In this document: piece after piece, positions 9,235 through 19,450 of the stretch
Layout: the number at the start of each line of letters is the position of its first letter
Numbering within the stretch: position 1 is the first letter of the stretch
From: Clostridia bacterium
Lineage (GTDB): Bacteria; Bacillota; Clostridia; Oscillospirales; CAG-272
Assembly (NCBI GenBank): GCA_017440665.1
Contig: JAFSGU010000073.1
Span: forward strand, 1 to 57,365
DNA: 57,365 nt
Reading direction: 5' to 3'
Position numbers and translations under genes: made by a program
The notes under the pieces: model-generated
Databases searched by the model: none
Told to the model about the DNA's origin: nothing
What the model saw: only the letters and a program-made list of their open reading frames with translations

Positions 9235-9951
9235 TTATTCAAACAGATCCCAAGGATATCCGGACGGAAGAGCTGACAGCAGCTCTTCGTTTGCTCTCAG
9301 TGCATCTGCAAATGCGCGAAGACCACGCTTCCGAAGCGCAGCCGTGTCAAATCCGATGCGACGCGACCAAAGCACACATCCCGCCTTGTTATCCCGTCCG
9401 CCGTACTTTCCGTCGCCAAGGAGAGGATGACCGGCATGGGCAAGCTGTACCCTTATTTGATGGGTCCTGCCCGTCATAAGCCGTACTTTGACCAGCGTCA
9501 CCTCTCCTGCAACACATTCTGCGTGTCCCAACGGCTCGTATTCAAGAAGCGCCTTTTTCACACCGCGTCTCGCCTTACCATCCTTTACAACGAAAGATTT
9601 ATTCTTCCGTCTGTCGAAGAACAGCATATCCTCAAGCTTACCGCCCGTGGCGTTGCCGTGGACTGCGGCCAAATATTCCTTGTGCATACCTCCGTCCGCT
9701 ATTATCTGCGACAGCGCAGACGCCGCGGCAGACGTTTTAGCCGCCACCATCACGCCGCCCGTCGTCCTGTCAAGACGGTGCACGGGGTATACCTCACCGC
9801 CTGTGTAAGCGGACAGATATTCTATCACCGAGTCTTCTTTCCCGTCCTCCGCCTTCTGAGACAGAAGAAAGGGAGGCTTAACAAAGGAAAGCACCCGGTC
9901 GTCCTCATAAAGAATTATAACGTCTCCGTATTTGGTTTCTATCTTGTTCAT
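9235..9951 (-). CDS. RluA-family pseudouridine synthase
   Basis: Catalytic HRLDRTTGGVMV motif and GRTHQIRV. Start chosen at MNKIETKYG. Confidence 0.85.
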   Translation of the reverse strand: MNKIETKYGDVIILYEDDRVLSFVKPPFLLSQKAEDGKEDSVIEYLSAYTGGEVYPVHRLDRTTGGVMVAAKTSAAASALSQIIADGGMHKEYLAAVHGNATGGKLEDMLFFDRRKNKSFVVKDGKARRGVKKALLEYEPLGHAECVAGEVTLVKVRLMTGRTHQIRVQLAHAGHPLLGDGKYGGRDNKAGCVLWSRRIGFDTAALRKRGLRAFADALRANEELLSALPSGYPWDLFE

Positions 9952-10013
9952 ACGATTCTCCGAAAAAACCTCCGAAATTCTGCTTTGCGGAAATCCCGGA
10001 GGTTTTAGTATTA

Positions 10014-11423
10014 TTATCCGTTTACGATAGAGATGATCTTGGTGATGATTCCCTGAGCCCAGAATATCACGAGGGCGATGGGAAGCACGTACTTGGCGTA
10101 AAGTCCAAGCCACTTAGGGAAGCGGATTCCGCTGCCCGCGTTGACCTCTTCCATGAAGTTATCGTAACCCCATCCCTTCTTCGACGTACAGAACAGCACG
10201 TACACCGCACTGCCGAGGGGAAGGATATTGTTGGAGATGATGAAGTCTTCAAGGTCCAGGATAACGCTTCCCTCTCCGAGAGGATTAATGCCGGAGAGCA
10301 CGTTGAAGCCGAGAACGCAGGGCATTGAAAGAATGATAATGGCTATCATATTGACAATGCTTGATTTTCTTCTGCTCCATCCCTTCAGGTCCATCCCGAA
10401 GGAAACGATGTTCTCAAACACTGCGATAACAGTTGAGAACGCCGCAAAAAGCATAAAGAGGAAGAAGAGCGTACCCCACACGCGGGTTCCGCCGGGCATG
10501 GACTCAAACACGTAAGGAAGAGTCTTGAACACAAGGCCCGATCCCTCATCGGGGCGGATACCGAATGCAAAGCAAGCAGGAATCACGATAAGACCTGCCG
10601 TAAACGCTACGAAGGTGTCCAGCGCCGCAATGGTAACGGATTCACCTAAAAGTCTGCGGTCGCGGCTGATATAGCTTCCGAAGATAGCCATGCTTCCCAT
10701 ACCGATGGACAGCGTAAAGAACGCCTGACCGAGAGCGGCAAATATAACTTCACCGATGCCGTGTTCAGCCATCTTTTTGAAATCGGGCACCAGGTAATAT
10801 TTTATGCCTTCAACAGTGCCCGCCTCGGGAAGAGTAACGGAGCGCACCGCCAGCACGGAGATTATGGCAAGAAGAGCTATCATCATCACCTTGGTTATCT
10901 TCTCAACTCCGTTCTGAAGACCGAGAGAGCAGACAATGAATCCTGCAACAACGACCACCGTCATAAGCACGGTAAGGATCACGGGGGATGATACGAGATT
11001 ATCAAACTGCGCGTTGATAAGAGGCTGTGCCTCTGCCGCGGTCTCACCGAGAGCGGCAAAGTCTCCCTTCAGCATCTTGAAGAAATACGCAAGCATCCAA
11101 CCGGTGACGGTCGTATAGAACATGACCAGAAGGTAATTACCCGCCATACCGAACTTGCTGTACCAATGCCACTTGGTGCCACGGGGTTCAAGCTCGTTAA
11201 AGGAGGTTGCAATACTCTTCTTGGACGCTCTGCCCACGGAAAACTCCATTGCCATAATGGGCAGACCGAATATCACGAGGAACGCGGCGTAGATGAGGAT
11301 AAACGCCGCACCGCCGTATTTACCGACGATATAAGGGAAACGCCACACGTTTCCGAGGCCTATAGCACATCCCGCTGAGATAAGTATAAATCCAAGTCGG
11401 GAGCCGAAGCTTTCTCTTTTCAT
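10014..11423 (-). CDS. sodium-dependent transporter (NSS/SNF family)
   Basis: GLGNVWRFPY motif and about 11-12 hydrophobic segments. ATG at 11423 preferred over TTG at 11462. Confidence 0.9.
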   Translation of the reverse strand: MKRESFGSRLGFILISAGCAIGLGNVWRFPYIVGKYGGAAFILIYAAFLVIFGLPIMAMEFSVGRASKKSIATSFNELEPRGTKWHWYSKFGMAGNYLLVMFYTTVTGWMLAYFFKMLKGDFAALGETAAEAQPLINAQFDNLVSSPVILTVLMTVVVVAGFIVCSLGLQNGVEKITKVMMIALLAIISVLAVRSVTLPEAGTVEGIKYYLVPDFKKMAEHGIGEVIFAALGQAFFTLSIGMGSMAIFGSYISRDRRLLGESVTIAALDTFVAFTAGLIVIPACFAFGIRPDEGSGLVFKTLPYVFESMPGGTRVWGTLFFLFMLFAAFSTVIAVFENIVSFGMDLKGWSRRKSSIVNMIAIIILSMPCVLGFNVLSGINPLGEGSVILDLEDFIISNNILPLGSAVYVLFCTSKKGWGYDNFMEEVNAGSGIRFPKWLGLYAKYVLPIALVIFWAQGIITKIISIVNG

Positions 11424-11465
11424 GTGTAAAAAATCCTGCTTTCTTAATACTTCCTGAATCAAATT

Positions 11466-13190
11466 TTATTTGCCGCTCAGATATTCCTCAAGGCAAAGCC
11501 CTGTGGAGGATATCTCCCAAGCGGCGCTTCGTCCTACGTAACGCCAATGCCACGGTTCAAAGGAGATACCTGTTTTATCCGTCTTGTTCTCGGGATATCT
11601 GAGGATATAGCCGAACTTCCATGCGTTCTCGCTCAGCCACGTATACGCGCCCTGAGACGCGAAGGACACGTCAGCCGATGCAAGATTGTGCATATCAACG
11701 CAAAGTCCCGTCTGATGCTCACTTGTGCCTGCCGCCGAGGAATACGTAAGCACGAGCTGTCGTGCTGCCTCCCATGAGAGCGAGGGATCCTTAGCCATTT
11801 CCTGCAGGATATAATCGTTGTGCAGATAATCCTGCACCGCATATGAGCGGTATCCGCTCATTACAGACACGTCTGTGTATCCTGCGGCATACATTTCAGC
11901 ATACAGCGCCTCAAGCGCCTTTGCGGCGTATTCACGCAGCTGCTCGGTCTCGCGTCCGTCCTTGCGTGTTGCTTCAACACCCATAAGATCAGTTGGAACG
12001 TGACTTCCGTCAAGGGGACTGTTTGTGTTGACCAAAATCAGATATTCCGCAGATTCCTCAGGATCCATGTACAGCTCGTATGCGGACAGATCGGTAGCGA
12101 AGCTTATCTCAGGCATGGGAGAGAAGGTGATAGTCTCATTTTCTCCCTCTTCTCCGTCACCGGATCCGGGAATAGGAGAGGATTCCTTCAGCTTCAGTGA
12201 TACGTCAAGATATACCGGCTTTTTATCGGTGGAAAGAGCCTCGTCCTTCATTCTCGTGACAGATATTACCTTGTCATCCACAGTGACGGTAAGTCCGTTT
12301 GTAAACTCTTCGATAAAGTCTGTTGATACCCATACCTCTTCACCGTATAAAAAGCTTTCCGAGGGAAGAGTCATCTTTTGCGTATTGATAACCACGGTAC
12401 GGCTGTCCATCATAAAGGTAACACTGTCTTCGCTTCCGTCGCCCTCGCTTCCCACGTCGGCCGACTCCTTATACAGCACAAATCGCATGCTTTCCGTATC
12501 ACCCGTCACAGCCATTCCCAGAAATTCCGCCACGTCGTTGAAACAAACGTAGGTAAATCCGTTTTTGAATACGCTGTCTGTATCTGCCGTACGCACTACA
12601 GTACCCTTGTCACCGAAGGTATACTTCACCTTGTTTGGAATACTGTCGGGAGCGGCGGCAAAATGAATGGTGTATGCTGCCGCGGTAAATACCGCAAGTA
12701 TGGCAAATATGGCAAGACAAATGATCGCTCTGCCGAAGAAAAGCTTACGCGCGCGCTTTCGCTCTCGTTTACGCCTTATCTTTTCTTTTCTTCTGAATTC
12801 TTCTTCCATCTGAAGGCGGATCCTGCGAGCCTCTGCCATCTGCCTCTCATAAGCCATTCTGCGCTCGCGTTCCGCTCTGTATTCAGCCTCTCTGCGGCTG
12901 TTGACATAGCTCTCCGCTCTCGCATGGCGTGAGGCTTGTCCGCCGAAGCCTGATCCGTTCTGATAACCGTAGTGGGGATCGCCCCGTCCGTTACGGTACT
13001 GTCCGCCGTATGCACCTCCTGTGCGGGGATCTCGGCGCGGGTCTGTTCGTCTTCCTGTCAGTGGGCCTCTGCGGGGATCCATTCGTGGCTCTCCCCGTCC
13101 GTCACGGTACTGTCCGCCGTATCCCGCGGAACGGGAGTATCCGTCAGGCACAGCGTTCCCGCGTCCGGGGCGGTTATTCATTCTATCCAT
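11466..13190 (-). CDS. M15B (VanY-type) D-Ala-D-Ala carboxypeptidase with Arg/Gly-rich N-terminal tail and one TM helix
   Basis: C-terminal SGYRSY, SEHQTGLCVDM and FEPWHWRYVG motifs. The N-terminus carries an in-frame 30-nt direct repeat (12982-13011 and 13093-13122). Confidence 0.8.
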   Translation of the reverse strand: MDRMNNRPGRGNAVPDGYSRSAGYGGQYRDGRGEPRMDPRRGPLTGRRTDPRRDPRTGGAYGGQYRNGRGDPHYGYQNGSGFGGQASRHARAESYVNSRREAEYRAERERRMAYERQMAEARRIRLQMEEEFRRKEKIRRKRERKRARKLFFGRAIICLAIFAILAVFTAAAYTIHFAAAPDSIPNKVKYTFGDKGTVVRTADTDSVFKNGFTYVCFNDVAEFLGMAVTGDTESMRFVLYKESADVGSEGDGSEDSVTFMMDSRTVVINTQKMTLPSESFLYGEEVWVSTDFIEEFTNGLTVTVDDKVISVTRMKDEALSTDKKPVYLDVSLKLKESSPIPGSGDGEEGENETITFSPMPEISFATDLSAYELYMDPEESAEYLILVNTNSPLDGSHVPTDLMGVEATRKDGRETEQLREYAAKALEALYAEMYAAGYTDVSVMSGYRSYAVQDYLHNDYILQEMAKDPSLSWEAARQLVLTYSSAAGTSEHQTGLCVDMHNLASADVSFASQGAYTWLSENAWKFGYILRYPENKTDKTGISFEPWHWRYVGRSAAWEISSTGLCLEEYLSGK

Positions 13191-13221
13191 GGCTCACCGT
13201 TCCTTTCTAAAATTTCAGCAT

Positions 13222-13779
13222 TTAATGAGCCTTTTCGGCAACTATAAAGAATGGGCTGTCGGGAGAATTGAGAAGTCTGATCTGAGTGACCGAAAAGCTG
13301 TATCTTGAAATACCCGAGAAAAATTCGCAAAGCTCCCTTCCCTCAGCCGCACCCTCGGGATGACCGGGATACACGGCTACAAGAAGTATTCCCTCGGAAT
13401 CTATCATTTCAAGCGCAGACTTTACTGCGGGAAGCGTGGTGCGTCTTGCGGTAGTAAGCGCCTTGTTGCCGCTTCCGGGAAGATATCCCAAGTTAAAAAC
13501 TCCCGCCTTTATCTTGCCCTTGATAAATTCATTTGCTCTGTCATGAGACGCACATATAAGACGCCAGTTTTCGGGGCATCCGTTACGTCTCAGATTGGCT
13601 GAAGTGGATTCAAGCGCAGACGGCTGAATGTCAAAAGCCGTCACGCTTCCCCTCTCGCCCACGGCTTTTGACAGAAAAACCGTGTCGTATCCGTTACCCA
13701 TGGTAAAATCGGCAACGGCATCTCCCTCTTTTATGTGAGAGAGTAAAAATTCCTTTTGTAATGATAATAGATCGAGCAT
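13222..13779 (-). CDS. class I SAM-dependent methyltransferase, YtqB/MnmM-like
   Basis: DFTMGNGYDT SAM-binding region and about 185 aa, resembling the YtqB-type 'putative rRNA methylase' family. GGAG RBS before MLDLLSL. Confidence 0.65.
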   Translation of the reverse strand: MLDLLSLQKEFLLSHIKEGDAVADFTMGNGYDTVFLSKAVGERGSVTAFDIQPSALESTSANLRRNGCPENWRLICASHDRANEFIKGKIKAGVFNLGYLPGSGNKALTTARRTTLPAVKSALEMIDSEGILLVAVYPGHPEGAAEGRELCEFFSGISRYSFSVTQIRLLNSPDSPFFIVAEKAH

Positions 13780-13807
13780 AATAAAGCTCCGTTCTCTGAT
13801 GTATGAT

Positions 13808-15730
13808 TTACGCTTCAAGGGTTGCGCGAAGCTCTTCCTCTTCCTCGTAAAGCTCCAGCATCAAGTCCTCCGCCGCGGCTCTTTCCTCGGAAAGAGCTGC
13901 CGCCTTTTTATAGTCACTGCCAGCGGGACCCGAAAGCTCCTCGTCTATCTGAGAGATGCGCAGATCAAGCTTTTCGCATTCCTTCTCAATCGCCGCAAGT
14001 CTCTTTTCTGCCTTACGGATACGGGCGTTTTCCGCCTTACGGTTAAGGTACGCTTCTTTTCCTACGCTCTCAGCCTGCTTAGTCTCAGTCTGTACTGCGG
14101 CGCTTCTTATCTCGAGGCTTCTGCGGTATGAGTCATAGTCTCCGAAGTGGGAAAGACATCCCTTGTCAGACAGCGTGACAAATCTTGTCGCCAGCTTACG
14201 CACGAAATAACGGTCGTGGGACACGGCGATCACCGTGCCGGGGAAGGCGGTCAGCGCATTCTCAAGCGCCTCTCGTGAGCCTATATCAAGATGGTTTGTC
14301 GGCTCGTCAAGTATCAGCAGATTCATTTTGGAAAGGATGAGTCTTGCAATGGTAAGTCTCGCCCTCTCGCCGCCGCTGAGTACCGCTACCTTTTTCTCTA
14401 TATCGTCTCCCTTGAACTGGAACAGCGCAAGGGTGTTTCTGATCTCCGTTTGAGTAAGACCGGGATACGCGTTCCACAGCTCGTCGAGAACGGTGTTATC
14501 GGGATCAAGGCTCTGGTTTTCCTGAGCATAATAGCCAACGGTCACGTTGTAGCCGAATTCCACCTCACCCTCCGACGGGTTCGCCTGTCCGAGAAGAATA
14601 CGGATAAGCGTGGACTTTCCGCATCCGTTTGGACCTGCAATAAAAAGTCTGTCACCCTTCTTCAGAAGGAAGCTGAGATCGCTGAAAAGCTCCCGTCCCG
14701 GGAAACGTACGCCCAGCGACTTTACGGTAAGCACGTCGTTACCGCTCTCTCCCGAGGAATCGATCTTAAAGCGTATGGACTCGGGGGAATCCGCGGGGCG
14801 CTCTACCTTTTCCATACGGGCGATAGCCTTCTCTCGGCTTTCCGCCGCTATGATGTTTCGCTCACGGTTCCATCGTCTCTGCTGTTCGATATAAGCCTCA
14901 AGTCGGGCGATCTCCTTCTGCTGAAGCTCATACTTTTTCTCTGCAATCTCCCTTTCCCTCTGCTTTTCGTCCACGAATCTTGAATAAGGGCAGGCGTACA
15001 GCTTCGCCGTACGGTTCTCAACGTCAAGAGTCTTTGTGGTAACACGGTCAAGGAAATATCTGTCGTGGGACACCACGATGACAGTTTTTTTGTATGAGGA
15101 AAGATGCTCCTCCAACCACTCCAGCGTAACGTCGTCAAGATGGTTGGTAGGCTCGTCAAGGAGAAGCAGGTCGGGCTCTCTTGCAAGAAGTCTTGCGAGA
15201 GCGATACGGGTACGCTGTCCTCCGCTCATGGACGCCATGGGAAGTGTGTGAAACTCTTCGCCGAATCCGAGGGAAGTCAGCATACTGCGGCACTTAGAGC
15301 GGAAGTAAAGTCCGCCGCCGTCGGAGTAACGGGTGTTAAGTCTGACAAGCTCCTCGCTGAGACGGGTTATGGTCGCGTTATCGTCAGCTACGGCAAGCCC
15401 CGCTTCCGTTTCGCGTATCCTCTCCTCCAGAGAGAGAAGCTCGGGAAAAGCGGCGTACATCTGTCCGAGAACGGTATCGTCCGTCATAGCGGAAATATTA
15501 AAAGTATCATCCTGATGCAAAAGTCCTATACTTTTGTCCTTTGAAATGAACACCTCTCCCTCGTCGGGCTCGTATTCGCCCGCAAGAAGGCGCATCAGAG
15601 TGGATTTACCGCTTCCGTTTACGCCAACGATACCAAGCCTGTCTCCGTCCTCCAAGGTAAAAGTGACGTTTTCAAGTATGGTATTGACACCGATGCGGTA
15701 CGCTAAGTTATTAGTAGCAATTGATGCCAT
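13808..15730 (-). CDS. ABC-F family ATPase (translation-associated)
   Basis: Two Walker A motifs (GVNGSGKST, GPNGCGKST) and two signatures (LSGGQRTR, LSGGERAR). No TM domain; C-terminal coiled coil. Confidence 0.9.
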   Translation of the reverse strand: MASIATNNLAYRIGVNTILENVTFTLEDGDRLGIVGVNGSGKSTLMRLLAGEYEPDEGEVFISKDKSIGLLHQDDTFNISAMTDDTVLGQMYAAFPELLSLEERIRETEAGLAVADDNATITRLSEELVRLNTRYSDGGGLYFRSKCRSMLTSLGFGEEFHTLPMASMSGGQRTRIALARLLAREPDLLLLDEPTNHLDDVTLEWLEEHLSSYKKTVIVVSHDRYFLDRVTTKTLDVENRTAKLYACPYSRFVDEKQREREIAEKKYELQQKEIARLEAYIEQQRRWNRERNIIAAESREKAIARMEKVERPADSPESIRFKIDSSGESGNDVLTVKSLGVRFPGRELFSDLSFLLKKGDRLFIAGPNGCGKSTLIRILLGQANPSEGEVEFGYNVTVGYYAQENQSLDPDNTVLDELWNAYPGLTQTEIRNTLALFQFKGDDIEKKVAVLSGGERARLTIARLILSKMNLLILDEPTNHLDIGSREALENALTAFPGTVIAVSHDRYFVRKLATRFVTLSDKGCLSHFGDYDSYRRSLEIRSAAVQTETKQAESVGKEAYLNRKAENARIRKAEKRLAAIEKECEKLDLRISQIDEELSGPAGSDYKKAAALSEERAAAEDLMLELYEEEEELRATLEA

Positions 15731-15948
15731 GTTTGTGACTATGCCTTTCTTTGATTGTGACGTTTTTTCCGGGCCCTGAGGCTGAGGAAAATGCCGACCG
15801 CCTTTTGTCGGCAAGACACAACTGGGTTTGAAAAAGCTGTCATACGCTTTGTGCGCACTTTATTTTCAAACTTATTCTTTATAAATTACTGTTTTAACGG
15901 TAGTATTCCCGCCCGTACTCCATTTGGAATACGCGCGGGAAGCTATGA

Positions 15949-17046
15949 TCACTTTCTGTCACGTGACTTCATTGCCGCCTTTATGTCGGCTGTGTTTATC
16001 TGTATGGTAGCGGCTGATGACACCTGTCTGTTATCATTCCGCACGGGACGGCTGCCGCCACCGGGAACTCTGTTTATGACCTGAGTGGAGTCACCTGCGC
16101 TTCTCTGACGCTGAACGTTTTCGGGATATCTGCGGGCAGCAGAATTCATGCCGTTCTGTCCGTGGGCGGGCACAGCCCCATCTCTGCGGGGGGCCTGTCC
16201 TCTGCCCTGAGCATTGCCGCCACGTACCGGACGTCCGTCATTACCCATGGGGCGTCTGCCGTTCGGAGCAGAGCGTCTGTCGCCGGACGCTCCCGAGGGA
16301 CTTCTGTTACCGTAGGCGCCTGAGGGGCGTCTGCCGCGGGGGTCTCTGCCCATGCCGTTCATAAGCATTCTGCGGCGTGCTTCCATCTCCTCACGTCTGC
16401 GGCGCGCCTGTCTCTTCTCAAGGAAGATAAGAAGGGCGTATCCGCCTGCAACCACAACAACGATGATCGCCGCGATAACGATGAGCACGATAGCCCATAC
16501 GGGCATTCCCTTTTTAGCTTCACCGAATCCTTCGGGGAGGTTCGTTCCAAGGAAGCTTGAAACAGCGTTCACAGCCGCGGTAACTCCTCCTGAGTAATCT
16601 CTGTCCGTTATAGCGGGACCGAGAGTGGAATTGATGATCTCAGACAGCTTTTCGTTCGTCAGTATCTCGGACACAGAGTTGCTCTGTACCGCGTAAAAAT
16701 CGTCTGTCTCGACGGAAACGAGGATCAGCACTCCGTGGCCTACACGCCACTTTTCAAAGAGTACTCTTGCATAGTCTCCAATGTTTACTCCGTCGGTATT
16801 AAGCACCGTACATACCGCAATGCTTGCGTTTCTGTTTTCACGAAGCTTTGCTGACGCCGCCTTGACGCCGTTTTCGCATCCTTCGTCAAGTATTACAGCC
16901 GCGTCGCTGACAAGATCCTTATGCGAAGGATATGCCGCCATAGCCACAGTAGCAAGAAGCATCGCCGCAATAAGTGCCGTTACAAAATATTTAACTATCC
17001 ATCCGTTTTTTCTGCGTTCTGTCATTTCCCGCCTGTTCCTTTCCAT
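15949..17046 (-). CDS. TPM-domain membrane protein with Arg/Gly/Pro-rich cytoplasmic tail
   Basis: N-terminal TM, TPM-like core (IAVCTV...GDYARVLFEKWRVG...GVLILVS), a second TM, then about 150 aa of RG-rich low complexity. Start uncertain (17046 or 17025). Confidence 0.7.
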   Translation of the reverse strand: MERNRREMTERRKNGWIVKYFVTALIAAMLLATVAMAAYPSHKDLVSDAAVILDEGCENGVKAASAKLRENRNASIAVCTVLNTDGVNIGDYARVLFEKWRVGHGVLILVSVETDDFYAVQSNSVSEILTNEKLSEIINSTLGPAITDRDYSGGVTAAVNAVSSFLGTNLPEGFGEAKKGMPVWAIVLIVIAAIIVVVVAGGYALLIFLEKRQARRRREEMEARRRMLMNGMGRDPRGRRPSGAYGNRSPSGASGDRRSAPNGRRPMGNDGRPVRGGNAQGRGQAPRRDGAVPAHGQNGMNSAARRYPENVQRQRSAGDSTQVINRVPGGGSRPVRNDNRQVSSAATIQINTADIKAAMKSRDRK

Positions 17047-17050
17047 CGTT

Positions 17051-18097
17051 TCATTTAAGGTTTGCGGCCGCAACAAGCAGCTGCTTAAGCTCGGATTCGG
17101 CTACGCGAAGCTCTGCCTCTGTCCGCGCCCTCTCCTCGCCGACTTTTCCGTATCTTTCTATTACTGAACCAAGGAAGTCTATCATCTCGGTGTTGATCGT
17201 ACGTAAAAACTCTCTGTCAAATGCGTTACCCGGCATTTTCACGGCACTGCCCACCTTATCGATACCGAGAGCAGATGCGGCATGACGCTTCCATACGCTC
17301 AGCGCGTTTGCATTGATCTCGCCGATCATCTCGCGCATTGCCGCACAGTTGTTTCTTACAAGCATGATACGGGGAGCGATCTGCATCATGAGAGCACGAG
17401 TCTGCTCGATCGAGGTGATACGCTCGCCAAAGCGGCGGCACATCTCCGCAAAATCGCTTGCCGCGTCAACGTCGGACTCCTCTCCGCTGTTCTTTGCAAA
17501 TTCGCATATCTTCACAAGGGTCACGTCTCTCTCTCGAGTAAGCTTCATCTTACCCGACGCGATGTACATGGTCAGCTCCTTGATGCAGTTAAGACATGCA
17601 TCGTAAAGCTCGCTCAAAACTTTTGCATCAGTCGCTGCGACCTCTTTGTCCGCGTCAAGAGCAAGACTTACCTCATCGGCAACAGGCTCCGCCAGCTCAT
17701 ACTTTTTACTAAGCTCATCCAGCTTTCCGCTCTTAGTCTTGAATATGCCGAGGATACCCGCTTTTTCCCCTTCGGGAGACTCCATGTCTTCTATGAGTCC
17801 TGCAAGCTCCCTCATAATACCGACAGCATTACTGTCGAATCCGCCTGCGGCGCCGAGAGATGCCGCCGCGGCAATATCAGCGGCTTTTTTCTGCACAGAC
17901 AGTCCGAAGCCGGCAAGCACGCTTTCGTCGGTAACGTTTATCTTTCCGGCGTATTCTTCGATAAGCTTTATCTCCTCAGGTGTAAAAAGCTCCTCATAAG
18001 GATTTTTGTCAGCCTTTTCCGTCACTTCCGCGGTGTTGTCCGCATCTTCAAAAGCCGCAACGTTTTCCGCCTGACCTTTTTCAAAACCGTTTTCCAT
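17051..18097 (-). CDS. TelA/YaaN-like toxic anion resistance protein
   Basis: Length and helical sequence resemble the TelA family; it sits immediately upstream of the TPM gene. Confidence 0.75.
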   Translation of the reverse strand: MENGFEKGQAENVAAFEDADNTAEVTEKADKNPYEELFTPEEIKLIEEYAGKINVTDESVLAGFGLSVQKKAADIAAAASLGAAGGFDSNAVGIMRELAGLIEDMESPEGEKAGILGIFKTKSGKLDELSKKYELAEPVADEVSLALDADKEVAATDAKVLSELYDACLNCIKELTMYIASGKMKLTRERDVTLVKICEFAKNSGEESDVDAASDFAEMCRRFGERITSIEQTRALMMQIAPRIMLVRNNCAAMREMIGEINANALSVWKRHAASALGIDKVGSAVKMPGNAFDREFLRTINTEMIDFLGSVIERYGKVGEERARTEAELRVAESELKQLLVAAANLK

Positions 18098-18164
18098 AAA
18101 TATCTCCTTTCAGTTTTGGACTGTACGGGATACGGCAGAACACAGTTCCGCCTTATTATGTTGA

Positions 18165-19121
18165 TTATTCGTTTTCCTCAGTTTTTTCGTTTTCTGCTTC
18201 CTCTCCCACGTAAACGCAGGTACCGTCCTCGTCGATGTATGCGATAACGCCCTTGTCTGCGTCTTCATCCGTGTACCCGGGATCGGTTATAACGTCGCCT
18301 GCCTCATCCTCCGCAAGTCTTGACTCAAAGGAAATGAGACGGGTAAGAGCAAGTGCCGACACGGAGAAGAATATGATGTTCTCCATAAGCGAGGGAACGT
18401 TGTGATCGGCAATAATGCCGAGTACGATACGTGCCGTGGACACACCGCCTGCGATACCGAAGGCAGATACGCTTCCCAGCCAATAAACAGGTGTATTCGC
18501 AACACCCAGCGCACTTCTGCTTTCGGAAAGCATGAAGATGACTATGGCAGAAATGCAGATAGTCGTCACCGACAGCTCAGGGTCGTTAAGAGGCATTTCT
18601 TCAAGGTCAAAATAATATTTGAAAAGGAGGAACACTCCCCATATAACGGGAACGAATGACGCCGCTCCGTGAACGAAACTGCCTCTCAGCTTGTCGGACA
18701 CCGCACATACGAAGGGGACTGCCGACAGGATGGCAAGGGGGCCGATCGCCTTAGCGCTGAACGCGGCAAGGGGAGACATCCCCTCTGCTGTATACACGGG
18801 CACGTCGGGAGACGCAACGGTAAGCACTCCGTAGCAGATGAACATAAATGCACAAAGCCAGAGCACAAAGCTCTCTATCTGATTTGCGCCCTGCTCCACC
18901 ATCTTCTGACGTCTGAAGCAGAAGCAGAAGCCAACGTTCAAAAGAACGGTCAGTACAGCAAATACCACGAATGCAGTCACTACCGCAGACGCGTTGAAAT
19001 GACGGATAGAGACGTCGTAGAACGACTTATAAGACACCGCGTACAGCACGGATGCGGCAATTGCCATGATAACGGAAGCGACCGTGCCTATGCGGAACAA
19101 AAGCATGTTTTTCTCTTTCAT
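18165..19121 (-). CDS. hypothetical polytopic membrane protein with acidic C-terminal tail
   Basis: About 8 hydrophobic segments. No family recognised. Confidence 0.5.
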   Translation of the reverse strand: MKEKNMLLFRIGTVASVIMAIAASVLYAVSYKSFYDVSIRHFNASAVVTAFVVFAVLTVLLNVGFCFCFRRQKMVEQGANQIESFVLWLCAFMFICYGVLTVASPDVPVYTAEGMSPLAAFSAKAIGPLAILSAVPFVCAVSDKLRGSFVHGAASFVPVIWGVFLLFKYYFDLEEMPLNDPELSVTTICISAIVIFMLSESRSALGVANTPVYWLGSVSAFGIAGGVSTARIVLGIIADHNVPSLMENIIFFSVSALALTRLISFESRLAEDEAGDVITDPGYTDEDADKGVIAYIDEDGTCVYVGEEAENEKTEENE

Positions 19122-19331
19122 TGCAGAGTATCCTTTCAGGTATCAAAAGAAACGAATAAATGTATTTGACTACAAAAATATAAATAGTTATATATAGTAT
19201 ATAATATCACAAATCGCTCCCAACTTCAACAGATACGCGGAATATTTATAAAAAAACATTTTCCTGCGGTCTGCAAATGCGAATTTTTAGTAAAAAAAGC
19301 GCTGTCTCGGGCAAAACCTTTCCCAATCTCG

Positions 19332-19360
19332 TTGACATATCGCAAAAAATATATTAAAAT
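19332..19360 (+). promoter_or_regulatory. sigma-A-type promoter candidate for the transketolase operon
   Basis: TTGACA, 17-nt spacer, TAAAAT, about 90 nt upstream of the ATG at 19451. Confidence 0.55.
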
Positions 19361-19450
19361 AGAAGTAGTCTATGTTCGCGCCCTATATACTTTACAGGGG
19401 ACGCGTACGATCCCGACGTACAAACGGGACTATAAGAAAGGTGAAAAACT

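Noticed and set aside
12982-13122. 30-nt direct repeat considered as a mobile-element end or repeat array
   Set aside because: The two copies are 111 nt apart, in frame, inside the VanY-like ORF, and encode the repeated peptide YGGQYR(D/N)GRG. This is an intragenic coding repeat.
13191-13221. Hairpin ggctca...tgagcc between the VanY-like and methyltransferase genes, considered as a regulatory element
   Set aside because: It has only a 6-bp stem with a loop of about 29 nt, which is too weak to support.
17282-18247. 321-aa plus-strand ORF
   Set aside because: It is antisense to the TelA-like gene and has no motifs. It is a typical shadow frame of a GC-moderate gene.
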